Assembly (NCBI GenBank): GCA_029862185.1
Contig: JAOTXX010000002.1
Location: forward strand, 23,162-87,161
Reading direction: 5' to 3'
DNA from: Myxococcales bacterium
Lineage (GTDB): Bacteria; Myxococcota_A; Polyangia; Polyangiales; Houyiibacteriaceae
Length of the DNA: 64,000 bases
Part shown: positions 9,331-18,717 of the stretch, piece after piece
Numbering within the stretch: the first letter of the stretch is position 1
Layout: the number at the start of each line of letters is the position of its first letter
Program-made: the position numbers and the translations under genes
The notes under the pieces: model-generated
Told to the model about the DNA's origin: nothing
The model's input: the letters and a program-made list of their open reading frames with translations, nothing else
Databases searched by the model: none

Positions 9331-10766
9331 GCCTCGCCCAGCGTTTGAGCGTTTTCGTCTTGGGCTTGCTCACGCCGATGGTGGCGCTGGCGAGCGAGGA
9401 GCGAGGGCGGCCGCTCCATTTCGAGGAGGTCCTGCAGTCGGTGAACGAGCACGATCCTCGCATCCGCCAAGCGGTTGCGCAGCTGCGCAAGGCGGAGTCC
9501 AAGACGATGGCGGCCCGCGGCGCGTTTGATCCAAGGCTCGAGGGCGACGGCAAGATCCTCACTGGCGCGTACTACGACTTGCGAAGGGCCAACGTGGAGC
9601 TTCGTCAGCCCACGACGCTATGGGGCTCGGAGATCTTCGTGGGCTATCGCGTCGGTCTCGGCATCAACGAGCGTTGGCCGACCTATCGGGACGATCAAAC
9701 GCTCTCGGGTGGCGAGGTTCGTGCGGGAATCGAAATGCCGATCTGGCGCGGTGGGCTCATCGATCCGGAGCGTGCCGAGCGTGCCCGCGCGATTCAACTG
9801 GAAGAAGCCGCCGACCAAGCCTTGTCGGCCGCAAGGCTCAACCTCGAGCTCGCTGCGGCGCGGACCTATTGGAATTGGGTCGGCACGGGACAGAATAGGG
9901 AGGTCGCCAGAGCCTTGCTCGATTTGGCCGAGCAGCGTGACGCGCAGCTCCGGCGCCGTCTCGCGGCCGGTTCGATCGCGTCTTTTGACGTCGTCGACAA
10001 CGAGCGGATTTTGCTCGAGCGAAAGGCTTTCCTGGTCGCCGCAGAGCGCGCCTTCGAGAAGGCGACCTTCGAGCTGTCGTTGTTTCTGCGTGATTCTCAG
10101 GGTATGCCTGTCGTCGCTGGCGCCCAGCGTGTCCCCGAAAAGGTGTCGGTCATGCCGCTCGAAGAGCTTTCAGTCGAGCGCGCGATCGACGAAGTCCTCG
10201 CCTGCCACCCCGAGCTCAAGAAAGCTCGCGCAGACCTCGACGCGGCCGAGGTTGGTCAAAAACTCAGTCGCAACGAGGTCTCTCCCGAGCTGAACGCGGT
10301 GGTCGCGTACTCCCGCGACCTCGGGGATCTCACCAACACGGATCTAGATTTCACGCTTCCGGGCAATGTGTTCGAGGTCGGCGTGAAGCTGTCGATGCCT
10401 TTGCTGCTTCGCAAGGAGCGCGGTTCGGCGGGGGTCGCAAGGGCGGACGTGGCCGACAAAGCGGCGCAGGTACGCTTGGTGTCCGACCAGCTCCGCGCCA
10501 GGACCCTCGACGCGGCTTCGGCGGTCGAGGCCGCCCAGCGCCGAGCCGAGCTGACCGATGATGTAGTCGACACGGCCGCCGAGCTTGCGGAGGGAGAGCG
10601 ACGGCGATTCGAGGTCGGTTCGAGCAATCTGGTATTCGTCAATCTTCGCGAGCAGCAGGCCGCCATGGCTCAGATGCGCTACATCGAAGCGGTCGCGCAG
10701 GCCGAGATTGAGCGAACCCGCTGGGAAACCACGACCCGTGTCCGATGCGGCGGAGTCCCCCCCTGA
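9327..10766 (+). CDS. TolC-family outer membrane channel
   Basis: Signal peptide, ARGAFDP, PIWRGGLID..RA, YWNW, ERRRFEVGSSNLVFVNLRE. ATGA overlap with hlyD. Confidence 0.88.
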   Translation: MSLAQRLSVFVLGLLTPMVALASEERGRPLHFEEVLQSVNEHDPRIRQAVAQLRKAESKTMAARGAFDPRLEGDGKILTGAYYDLRRANVELRQPTTLWGSEIFVGYRVGLGINERWPTYRDDQTLSGGEVRAGIEMPIWRGGLIDPERAERARAIQLEEAADQALSAARLNLELAAARTYWNWVGTGQNREVARALLDLAEQRDAQLRRRLAAGSIASFDVVDNERILLERKAFLVAAERAFEKATFELSLFLRDSQGMPVVAGAQRVPEKVSVMPLEELSVERAIDEVLACHPELKKARADLDAAEVGQKLSRNEVSPELNAVVAYSRDLGDLTNTDLDFTLPGNVFEVGVKLSMPLLLRKERGSAGVARADVADKAAQVRLVSDQLRARTLDAASAVEAAQRRAELTDDVVDTAAELAEGERRRFEVGSSNLVFVNLREQQAAMAQMRYIEAVAQAEIERTRWETTTRVRCGGVPP

Positions 10767-10836
10767 ACTTGGCACCGTGCTGAGGCTTGCCGAAGTCGAC
10801 TCAAGGCCTAAGAGCTTGGTTCGAAAGGAGTTCGCC

Positions 10837-11307
10837 ATGGATCTGAATACCGGCATCTCATCGGAGCACCGCGAAAAGCTGGCAGCCGAGCTCTCGAGGC
10901 TCCTGGCCGACAGCTACACCCTGTATCTCAAGACGCACAACTTTCACTGGAACGTCACGGGGCCGATGTTCCAAACGCTTCATTCCATGTTCGAGCTGCA
11001 GTACACCGAGCTCGCGATGGCCGTCGACGCGGTCGCGGAGCGCATCCGAGCCCTTGGCCTGCCTGCGCCGGGGAGCTATGCCGCGTTCGGAAGGCTTGCG
11101 AGCGTTCCCGACACCGATGGGGTTCCGAAGGCGCTCGAGATGGTGAAGTTGCTCGTCGAAGCGCATGAGACGGTGATTCGCACCGCGCGCGAAGTCGTGC
11201 GCGCCGCCGAGAAGGCTGGCGATCAGGCCACCGCCGACCTGGGAACGCAGCGCCTCCAGCTCCACGAGAAGACCGCCTGGATGCTCCGAAGCCTGCTCGA
11301 GGACTGA
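10837..11307 (+). CDS. dps: Dps DNA starvation/stationary-phase protection protein (mini-ferritin)
   Basis: LYLKTHNFHWNVTGPMFQTLH...DAVAERIRALG...HEKTAWML. RBS AAGGAG upstream. Confidence 0.95.
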   Translation: MDLNTGISSEHREKLAAELSRLLADSYTLYLKTHNFHWNVTGPMFQTLHSMFELQYTELAMAVDAVAERIRALGLPAPGSYAAFGRLASVPDTDGVPKALEMVKLLVEAHETVIRTAREVVRAAEKAGDQATADLGTQRLQLHEKTAWMLRSLLED

Positions 11308-11362
11308 GTCATCGGCGCGGCAAGGATTTGGCAAACCACCCGCCTGGCTTTAGGGCAGGGGC

Positions 11363-12139
11363 ATGGCTAGAGGCATACGCGACGTGATCCGGCGGGCTGC
11401 GAAGGGCAGCTCGTGGTCGCACTTCATGGATTACGCGTCTCCCGCTTTGTTCGAAGTCATGCCGCTGCGGGCGCTCTTGGCACAGGGCAAAGAGTTCGTT
11501 GCGAATGGTTCGGACGCGCGACGCTACGCGAAAGTGCGCGAGACCATCGCGTCTTCACTGAGCGCGCGCGGCGTCGCTGTCGAGCTTGGGCCACAGGATG
11601 ACGGTGCGGAAGGCCTCGCGCCCCTGAGCCTCTCCGAGCCTTTGCGGCGGAAAACCGGCCATCAGATTCTCGAAATCTATTTCACGCAGATCCTCGCAGG
11701 CCCTGACACGATTCTAGACTTGCGGGCGGATTCGTTCTCCGCGTCCGAGGGCTCGACGCTTCGTTGGCGACCCAAGGCGTTCTATGTCCAATGGCAACCC
11801 GAGTTTCTGACGGGGCTTCGCGACCTCTACTCTGGCTTCTACCTCGATGACGAACCGCGCTTTAAATCGGGCTTGTACCAGTTGGGCCTGCAAGATTCAG
11901 GAGACGCCCTGGTCAGCCATCTGGGCAGCGGCGACCAGCGAAGCGTCCGCTTCGAGACGAGCGCATTTCACACGAGCTTTCACGACACCTTCTTGGCGTG
12001 CCGCGATCGCGGCGTGGCGCTCCATCGAAACTTCCTCGCGCTCGGCATCTATCTAGCATGTCTTTATGACGTGCTCGAGTCACTGGACCTCGAATTCGAT
12101 GTGCGGGGCGCGTTCGAGCGAACCTGCGGGCACAGCTAG
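11363..12139 (+). CDS. hypothetical protein, possibly resembling the C-lobe of ABC1/UbiB atypical kinases
   Basis: 258-aa ORF in the co-oriented gene run. ILEIYFTQIL and LHRNFLALGIYLACLYDVLESLDLEFDV echo UbiB C-lobe patterns (by eye only). Confidence 0.6.
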   Translation: MARGIRDVIRRAAKGSSWSHFMDYASPALFEVMPLRALLAQGKEFVANGSDARRYAKVRETIASSLSARGVAVELGPQDDGAEGLAPLSLSEPLRRKTGHQILEIYFTQILAGPDTILDLRADSFSASEGSTLRWRPKAFYVQWQPEFLTGLRDLYSGFYLDDEPRFKSGLYQLGLQDSGDALVSHLGSGDQRSVRFETSAFHTSFHDTFLACRDRGVALHRNFLALGIYLACLYDVLESLDLEFDVRGAFERTCGHS

Positions 12140-12145
12140 CAGGCG

Positions 12146-13111
12146 ATGAACCCCGACCAAGCAACATCTCGAAGGCTGCTGCTCACTGGGGCCACCGGTT
12201 TCGTCGGCCGACATCTCGATGCGGCGCTGGCAGAAACGAGCTGGGACGTCGTCCGTGCCACCAGAAATCCGAAAATGGCGTCTCAGCCCGGTTGGGTCTA
12301 CCTCGACGTGTCTGACCCGAGCTCGATCGGCCCCGCCATCGCGGGGTGCGACGCCGCGGTATATCTCATCCACTCGATCGACGACTCGAAGGACTATCCT
12401 GCGCGGGAGGCAAGGGGAGCCGAAGCGTTCCTCGCGGCCGCCGAGCGGGCCGGCGTCCATCGCATCGTGTACCTGGGCGGCGTGGCTCCAAAGGGGAAAG
12501 CCTCTAGGCATCTTCTCAGCCGATTGCACACGGGTGAAATTCTGCGTTCGGGGACCGTCTCGACCATCGAGCTTCGCTGTGGGCTGATCATCGGCGCCGG
12601 GGGCAGCTCTTGGATGATGGTTCGCGACCTAGCGGCGCGACTCCCTGCCATGCTTCTTCCGCGCTGGCTTCAGTACTCGTCTTGGCCCGTGTGGATCGAA
12701 GACGTCGTCCTCGCGATCGTCCGTGCGCTCGACTTACCCGAACAAGGGAGCGCCTGGTACGACGTGCCGGGACAGGAGCGCATGACCCATGCCAATTTTC
12801 TTTCGCGCATCGCCAAGAGCATGGGGAAAGATCCGAGGCTCATCGGCGTGCCCGTCATCACGCCAAGGCTCTCGAGCTATTGGATCGCGCTGGTGACGCG
12901 GGCGAGCTTGGCGCTTGCACAAGAGCTCGTTCAGGGTCTGCAAAGCGATCTCGATCCAAGCGGTGAGTCGATCTGGGACCGACTCGGTGACGAAAATCCG
13001 ACGGAGTTCCAAACTTCGGTGTACCAGGCGCTGGAAGACGAGACGGCCCCCAACACCCCGACACCGAAGCTGGTGAGCAGGATGCGTGCCCGTGTGAAGG
13101 GTAGAGGCTAG
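12146..13111 (+). CDS. NAD(P)H-binding atypical SDR (YbjT-like)
   Basis: LLLTGATGFVG, AVYLIHS, IVYLGG, SRHLLSR, IIGAGGSSW, PRLSSYWIALVT. Confidence 0.85.
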   Translation: MNPDQATSRRLLLTGATGFVGRHLDAALAETSWDVVRATRNPKMASQPGWVYLDVSDPSSIGPAIAGCDAAVYLIHSIDDSKDYPAREARGAEAFLAAAERAGVHRIVYLGGVAPKGKASRHLLSRLHTGEILRSGTVSTIELRCGLIIGAGGSSWMMVRDLAARLPAMLLPRWLQYSSWPVWIEDVVLAIVRALDLPEQGSAWYDVPGQERMTHANFLSRIAKSMGKDPRLIGVPVITPRLSSYWIALVTRASLALAQELVQGLQSDLDPSGESIWDRLGDENPTEFQTSVYQALEDETAPNTPTPKLVSRMRARVKGRG

Positions 13112-13738
13112 GTGGAGCGCGTCGAAAGAGCCGAGGCCATGGCGCTCGCTGCTTGCGTGGCGGCGTTTTGCGTGGCGATGGGCTTGCGCGAGGTCCTCAA
13201 CATTTGGATCGGCACCGGCGTTGCGGCGCTGAGCTCGGTGCTCGTGCTCTGGCTCGGTGCGGGTCCCGTGCTTCGATCGAACCTTCGAGCGCCGGCGGCG
13301 CTGAGTCTGGTCGTCGGGCTCGCCGTCGGGGTGCTCATGTCTTTGGCAACCTGGTGGCTCTATCCCATCAGCGTATCGATGTTCCCACCCATTCAAACCG
13401 AGGTCGAGACCTTGTACGCGCTCCTTCGCGAAGCGCCAGGGCCGGTCCGCGCGTTTCCCTTGCTCCTCTTGGTCGTCGCGGCCGAGGAGCTGGTCTGGCG
13501 TGGGGTCGCCATCGATCTCTTTTCGAAATCGCTCGGTCCATGGCGGGCGATGCTCGTTTCTGCGCTTCTCTATGTTCTTCCACAGGTCGCGCTTCGGTCG
13601 CCCTTGCTCATCATCGTGGCCCTGTGTTGCGGCCTGCTCTGGGGAGCTCTGAGGGTACGCACCAACGGCCTTGCGGCGCCGTTCGTCGCGCACCTGGTCT
13701 GGGACATCCTGGTATTCGTTTGGCACCCGGTCGCTTGA
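13112..13738 (+). CDS. CPBP (Abi/Rce1 CAAX protease-like) intramembrane glutamic endopeptidase
   Basis: Multi-TM protein with AEELVWRG and AHLVWD motifs. Confidence 0.85.
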   Translation: MERVERAEAMALAACVAAFCVAMGLREVLNIWIGTGVAALSSVLVLWLGAGPVLRSNLRAPAALSLVVGLAVGVLMSLATWWLYPISVSMFPPIQTEVETLYALLREAPGPVRAFPLLLLVVAAEELVWRGVAIDLFSKSLGPWRAMLVSALLYVLPQVALRSPLLIIVALCCGLLWGALRVRTNGLAAPFVAHLVWDILVFVWHPVA

Positions 13739-13757
13739 GTGGCGTGACGAAAAGCCG

Positions 13758-14981
13758 CTAGGAGATCGTAAACGAAGGCTCTTCGCCACGCAGGATGCGC
13801 CTTAGGTCGCCTCGAACCGCCCGGTTCCCGACCTCAGAGGCAAGCTGGCTTGCGCCTGGTACGCGCCGGCGAAGCCATTCGAACGGCGCAACGGCCGCGC
13901 GAATCGGGTAGACCGAGTACTGCCATAGGTCATCGGGAATGCCGAGGTCGTCTGCGATCTCGGCACCGTTGAACGCACGGGCCAACCCGTTGTGGATTCG
14001 ACTCACCGCGAGCGCGAGGACCGGAGGTGCCTTTCCCTTCGCGTTCTGCCCCGGCACCTGAAGAAGCTGCTCGGTCAAGGCGCGCGAATCTTCGTCGGGG
14101 CCAGGCTGCACCAGCCGAAGAAGGTCGGCGAGGCGCCGGGTCTTGGCCTCGCTGCTGAGCGCCTCGAGCAGCCACGGGTCGACCCCGCTCAAGTGCCCGC
14201 AGTATCGCCACATCGCGAGAATCGCTTCCCGCTCCTCTGGGGTCAGGAAAAAACCAAGGCGTTGCGCGCCATCCATCATTAAGAGCGAAAACTCCAATAG
14301 CGTGCCGAACATGTCGGCCTGGTTGATCGGCAGGCCCCAGAGATCGGTGCGCCACCGGCCCGAGTCCAAACAAGCACGGCGCACGTGCGAGTGAATCAAA
14401 CTCACGCGCAGCGAGATGTCTCGACCGGGGCGTCCAGATCGAAGGCCGTCGACCTGGGTTGCCTCACTCACGAACCGCGCGGTTTCGGCCAGGCGTCGCT
14501 GGGGGCGGTGGCGAAGCTCCCCGGTGAACGCCAGCGGCTTGACGGCTGCGCTCGAATGATACCCGTTGATGAGAGACCAAGCGCTGAGGACGATCATGCC
14601 GAGGATTCCGAATCGCTGGTATGCGAGTGCCCCGGTTCGAATCTGATCGAAGTCGACCCAGGCCGGAAGCGCGTCGGCGCGCTCGAAAAACCCTCGGAGC
14701 TCGGGGGAAGCCTCCGGAACCGCTGAAGTGCCGTCGCGAAGCGTACGCTCGAACTGCGCCTTGGCCGACTCGCCGTGCCGCTCGATCCATCGAACGAGCG
14801 CATCGGCCAGCGGATCGCCGACGAGATAAAACCCCGCGTAGCGATCGGCATCGTCGCCGAATCGCCGTCGGGCTTCCTCTCGATTCTCATAGCGACTCGG
14901 AAAAGCGGTGTCGGTCATCGGCTCGCCAAATCTAAGGCTCGTGGCGTCACGCGGCCAGCTTCTGGTCCCCTGCGGGCTCAT
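13758..14981 (-). CDS. DUF2236 / MpaB-Lcp-like heme oxygenase family protein
   Basis: GDPLAD, PAWVDF, RRLAETARF, RVSLIHSHVR, WGLPINQADM, WRYCGHLSGV. ATGA overlap with the upstream gene. Confidence 0.85.
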   Translation of the reverse strand: MSPQGTRSWPRDATSLRFGEPMTDTAFPSRYENREEARRRFGDDADRYAGFYLVGDPLADALVRWIERHGESAKAQFERTLRDGTSAVPEASPELRGFFERADALPAWVDFDQIRTGALAYQRFGILGMIVLSAWSLINGYHSSAAVKPLAFTGELRHRPQRRLAETARFVSEATQVDGLRSGRPGRDISLRVSLIHSHVRRACLDSGRWRTDLWGLPINQADMFGTLLEFSLLMMDGAQRLGFFLTPEEREAILAMWRYCGHLSGVDPWLLEALSSEAKTRRLADLLRLVQPGPDEDSRALTEQLLQVPGQNAKGKAPPVLALAVSRIHNGLARAFNGAEIADDLGIPDDLWQYSVYPIRAAVAPFEWLRRRVPGASQLASEVGNRAVRGDLRRILRGEEPSFTIS

Positions 14982-15850
14982 CGTCGAGGTGGGCGGGGAA
15001 TCAATACTGACGTTCGGGCCTTGTACCGGCGATAGCCTTCCTCATCGCCCCATCGTTCATCGGATCGCTTCTCGAGGAGCGGGATGCCGCTGACGCGCGT
15101 GAGCAAAACGATCACGAAGATCGGAGAGATCATCGTGGCCCATTGCCAGCCTGCCAGAGTCGAGGCCGCGATCAGAGACACGCCGAACCAAAGCACGATC
15201 TCGCCAAAATAGTTCGGGTGTCGAGACCAGGCCCAAAGGCCCGTGTGGACGTAGTGACCCGGGTTGGCCGCTCGGAACTCGCTTTTTTGCAGATCGGCGA
15301 CCACCTCGATCGTGAAACCGATCACCCAGACCGCAACGCCCAAGGCGTCGAGCGAGCCAAGCGGCGACGGCGACACCGTCGCGATCGCAGCGAGCGCCGC
15401 GCAGAGCGTCAAGAACACCCAAAGCCCTTGAAGCGTCCAAGCGACGAAAAAGCGCGAGGCGCTCGGCTTGATCTCGTCAAAGCGGGGATCGGAGCCCGCA
15501 TTCCGGACGCGCCGGAATAAGAAACTGCCGAGGCGGGATGCCCAGATGAAAACCAGAAGCCCGAGGATGATGGAGCGGCCGTCGCTCGGGCGGGAAGCAA
15601 AGAGCGCAAAGCCCGTAACCAGCATGTACGTGAGGCTCCCGACGAGGTCGTAGAAATGCTCGGTCTGCTTCCAATAGGCCGGCACGAATGCAAGCCACTG
15701 CACGCCGAATGCGATGGCGGCACAAAAGAAGAGGACCGGAACGCCGCCCATCTCTGCGCTGCCGTGACTTCCTGCCCAGGCGATCGCCGCGGCGACCATC
15801 ACCGCTCCTGAAACCACCGTCGATGCGAGCGCAATGCGCTTAAAAGCCAT
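14978..15850 (-). CDS. DUF1295 steroid 5-alpha-reductase-like membrane protein
   Basis: TEHFYDLVGS, WASRLGSFLFRR, DPRFDEIK, EVVADLQK, GLWAWSRHPNYFGE, SGIPLLE. Confidence 0.9.
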   Translation of the reverse strand: MAFKRIALASTVVSGAVMVAAAIAWAGSHGSAEMGGVPVLFFCAAIAFGVQWLAFVPAYWKQTEHFYDLVGSLTYMLVTGFALFASRPSDGRSIILGLLVFIWASRLGSFLFRRVRNAGSDPRFDEIKPSASRFFVAWTLQGLWVFLTLCAALAAIATVSPSPLGSLDALGVAVWVIGFTIEVVADLQKSEFRAANPGHYVHTGLWAWSRHPNYFGEIVLWFGVSLIAASTLAGWQWATMISPIFVIVLLTRVSGIPLLEKRSDERWGDEEGYRRYKARTSVLIPRPPRR

Positions 15851-15955
15851 GATTCCCCAGCCAATAGCAGCAGGGGATGCCGTTTGTCGAACATCACTTG
15901 GCGTGGTCGAGCGTTTCGACTAAACACGCACGATCATGGGACTCAGGAGTCAACA

Positions 15956-16423
15956 ATGACGAGACGCAGCACACTTCAGATGTTACCCCTGGCGCTAGCG
16001 GCGTCCGGTTTGTCGTCACTCGCCGCGGCCGACGAAGAGACGGCGAGCCCTCCAGCGGTTTTGACCGTCAACGTTTCGAACATTCAAAACGACAAAGGGC
16101 AGATCGGCTGTTCTTTGTATTCGAAAGAAGATGGCTTCCCCTCGAAGACTAAAAAGGCGGATTCCATGCTCTTCGTCAAGTCCAAGGCCGGGAAGGCGAC
16201 CTGCGTGTTCAAGGGCCTCAAGCCTGGCAAGTACGCGGTCTCGGTCATGCACGACGAGGATAAGGACGGCGAGCTCAAGACCAGCATGGTTGGGCGTCCG
16301 AAAGAATGGTGGGGTGTTTCGAACAACGTCCCGCCAGAGCGATTCGGCCCCCCGAAATACGAGGCCGCCCTGTTTTCGTACACTGGCGATCCAAAGACGA
16401 TTAAGGTTAAACTCCGGCTCTAG
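15956..16423 (+). CDS. DUF2141 family exported protein
   Basis: Signal peptide (MTRRSTL, possibly Tat), PGKYAVSVMHDED.DG.L...GRPKE..G.SNN. RBS AGGAG. Confidence 0.85.
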   Translation: MTRRSTLQMLPLALAASGLSSLAAADEETASPPAVLTVNVSNIQNDKGQIGCSLYSKEDGFPSKTKKADSMLFVKSKAGKATCVFKGLKPGKYAVSVMHDEDKDGELKTSMVGRPKEWWGVSNNVPPERFGPPKYEAALFSYTGDPKTIKVKLRL

Positions 16424-16456
16424 CCGTGGCGCTTCTGCGCCCCATACACAGGAACT

Positions 16457-18004
16457 ATGACTTACGACCGTCGATACTTAGCGGACGACGTCCGTGCAGG
16501 GATTGTGGTGTTCCTCGTGGCGCTGCCGCTGTGCCTCGGCATCGCGCTCGCGTCCGGCGCGCCCCTTTTCAGTGGACTCATCGCAGGGATTGCTGGCGGG
16601 CTCGTCGTCACGGCCGTCAGCAAGTCACGGCACGGGGTGAGCGGGCCGGCGGCGGGGCTCGCGGTGATGGTCGCCGCTGGCATCGAAGCGCTCGGGATCG
16701 AGGCGTACCTCTTAGCGGTCATCGTTTGTGGGGTGGCGCAACTGGTGGCTGCCTTTCTTCGAGCTGGCGTCATCGCGCACTACTTTCCATCGAGCGTCAT
16801 CAAAGGGATGCTGGCAGGCATCGGTATTATCCTCATCCTCAAGCAGATCCCCCATGCGTTCGGGTACGATCACTCCTGGGAGGGCGAGCTCGAGTTCTTT
16901 CAACGTGACGGCCACAACACCTTCAGTGAAATTGGCTTTGCGCTACAGGCACTGAGTCCAGGCGCCATCATCGTGACCGCGCTGTCCTTGGCCATTCTGC
17001 TCCTGTGGCAGGGGCCAAGGTTCAAACAAACCCGCCTCGCGAAAGCCCTTCCGGCACCACTGCTCGTGGTGCTTCTTGGGGTAGGGCTCAATCGCCTCTT
17101 CGGTGCGGTCCGGCCGGGGCTTTCGATTTCCGACGAGCACCTCGTCAACGTTCCGCTCTCTTCTTCGCTGGGGGAGTTCTTCTCCAACTTCATACGGCCC
17201 GATTTCTCGCAAATCACGAACCCGGAGGTCTACGTCATTGGGCTGACCCTGGCGCTCATCGCGAGCATCGAGACCCTGCTTTCGGTAGAAGCCACCGACA
17301 ATCTCGACCCCGAAAAAAGAGTCACCCCCACCAACCAAGAGCTCAAAGCGCAAGGTCTCGGCAACATCGTCTCTGGGCTGCTCGGCGGCATCCCGGTCAC
17401 TCAGGTCATCGTGCGGAGCACGGCGAACATCGAGTCGGGCGGCAAGACGCGCCTCGCTTCGTTCATTCACGGCGTTCTCCTCCTGATCTGCGTCGCTACA
17501 ATTCCAGGGCTGCTCAACGAGATCCCACTCGCCAGTCTGGCGGCCATCTTGCTGGTGATTGGATACAGGCTCGCTCGCGTGTCCCTGTTCAAAGCGATGT
17601 GGGAGGAGGGTTTCTGGCAGTTCGTGCCCTTTGTCGTGACGATCGTGGGTCTGGTCTTCACCGACTTGCTCACGGGCATCATGCTTGGCATGGCCGTCGC
17701 CTTTTTCGAGATTCTGATCTACAACTACCAGCTAAACTTCTATCGGGAGCAGACGAGCGAGGGCTCCTTTACCATTCGTTTCACCGAGCACATGACGTTC
17801 CTCAACAAGGCGTCGGTCAAGCGCCTTCTTCGGGAAATTCCCCCAGCCTGCGCTGTCACGATCGACATGTCGGCTACTCGGATTCTCGATCACGACGTGC
17901 GCGAGGTCATCGAAGACTTCGCCGCGCACGCGGAGGCAGACGGCATCGATATCACTGTCCTGGGCTCGACGCGCCCGAAGATTGCGCTCACCGACGGCGT
18001 CTAA
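16457..18004 (+). CDS. SulP/SLC26 inorganic anion (bicarbonate/sulfate) transporter
   Basis: AGIVVFLVALPLCLGIALASGAP, VSGPAAGL, ELKAQGLGN, VIVRSTAN, C-terminal STAS-like domain. Confidence 0.93.
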   Translation: MTYDRRYLADDVRAGIVVFLVALPLCLGIALASGAPLFSGLIAGIAGGLVVTAVSKSRHGVSGPAAGLAVMVAAGIEALGIEAYLLAVIVCGVAQLVAAFLRAGVIAHYFPSSVIKGMLAGIGIILILKQIPHAFGYDHSWEGELEFFQRDGHNTFSEIGFALQALSPGAIIVTALSLAILLLWQGPRFKQTRLAKALPAPLLVVLLGVGLNRLFGAVRPGLSISDEHLVNVPLSSSLGEFFSNFIRPDFSQITNPEVYVIGLTLALIASIETLLSVEATDNLDPEKRVTPTNQELKAQGLGNIVSGLLGGIPVTQVIVRSTANIESGGKTRLASFIHGVLLLICVATIPGLLNEIPLASLAAILLVIGYRLARVSLFKAMWEEGFWQFVPFVVTIVGLVFTDLLTGIMLGMAVAFFEILIYNYQLNFYREQTSEGSFTIRFTEHMTFLNKASVKRLLREIPPACAVTIDMSATRILDHDVREVIEDFAAHAEADGIDITVLGSTRPKIALTDGV

Positions 18005-18110
18005 GCCGAACGCTTGGCCAAATGGGCGCGAATCTCGTCGACCGCTTCGCGAAGCGCCTCGCGTAGCGGCGTGTATCGCATCCCGAGCTCACGCTCCACG
18101 CCCGTCCCCT
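18001..18110 (-). pseudogene. C-terminal remnant of an extended SDR/NAD-dependent epimerase gene
   Basis: The minus strand reads ...GVERELGMRYTPLREALREAVDEIRAHLAKRSA*, resembling an epimerase tail. No N-terminal part is present. Confidence 0.45.
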
Positions 18111-18118
18111 TTTCGACG

Positions 18119-18514
18119 CTAGACGGGCTTGCGGTTGTCACGGCGCAGCGGGTGACTGGCAGGAACCTCAACCAGGATCAGCATCAATCCGTCCGGATCG
18201 GGAGCCCGGAGCTCGATCAGGCCCCAGGGTTTTTCAACCGCGCTTTCGGTGATCGGAACCCCTGCGGCGCGCAGCTCGCGTTCTGCCTGATGCACGTCAC
18301 GCACTTGCAACCAGAGCTCCGTCGACGGCGCGGGCGGCTCGACCTGCCGGTCGGTGATCTCCAGGTAGCCGCCCCCTAGGAAGAACACAACGCCGCGCGA
18401 TCCGCGTTCGCCAAACTCCCGCATGGGATGAAGACCGAGGGCGTCACGGTAGAACGCCACGCTGCGGTCAAAGTCGCGCGGGTGGAGCATGATACGGCTG
18501 GAAAGGATCTCCAT
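18119..18514 (-). CDS. VOC (glyoxalase/bleomycin resistance) family protein
   Basis: DFDRSVAFYRDALGL, LWLQVRDV, KPWGLIE...DPDG. Confidence 0.9.
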   Translation of the reverse strand: MEILSSRIMLHPRDFDRSVAFYRDALGLHPMREFGERGSRGVVFFLGGGYLEITDRQVEPPAPSTELWLQVRDVHQAERELRAAGVPITESAVEKPWGLIELRAPDPDGLMLILVEVPASHPLRRDNRKPV

Positions 18515-18717
18515 TGAGCTCGGCAGTTGGACCTTACCTTGTCTGACGGGAATCGCGGCGCATAATTGACTTGCAGGCTTTCCTCGATTCAATCTTCGAG
18601 ACGGCCATTCGGGGTGTGGGGCTCGTGTTTTTTTGGGGGGTTGGCACGTTCCTGCGGGCCACGGATGCGTGAGAAACCGTACCCCTTTTGCCGCCGAGTT
18701 CGGATAGACTCGCGTCC

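Noticed and set aside
6314-13738. Bacteriocin/RiPP cluster (ABC-HlyD-TolC plus CPBP immunity protein)
   Set aside because: No C39 peptidase domain, precursor peptide or modification enzyme is visible.
18611-18644. G-runs and a T7G6 tract as a G-quadruplex or phase-variable site
   Set aside because: Only three long G-runs and short homopolymers, with no supporting context.
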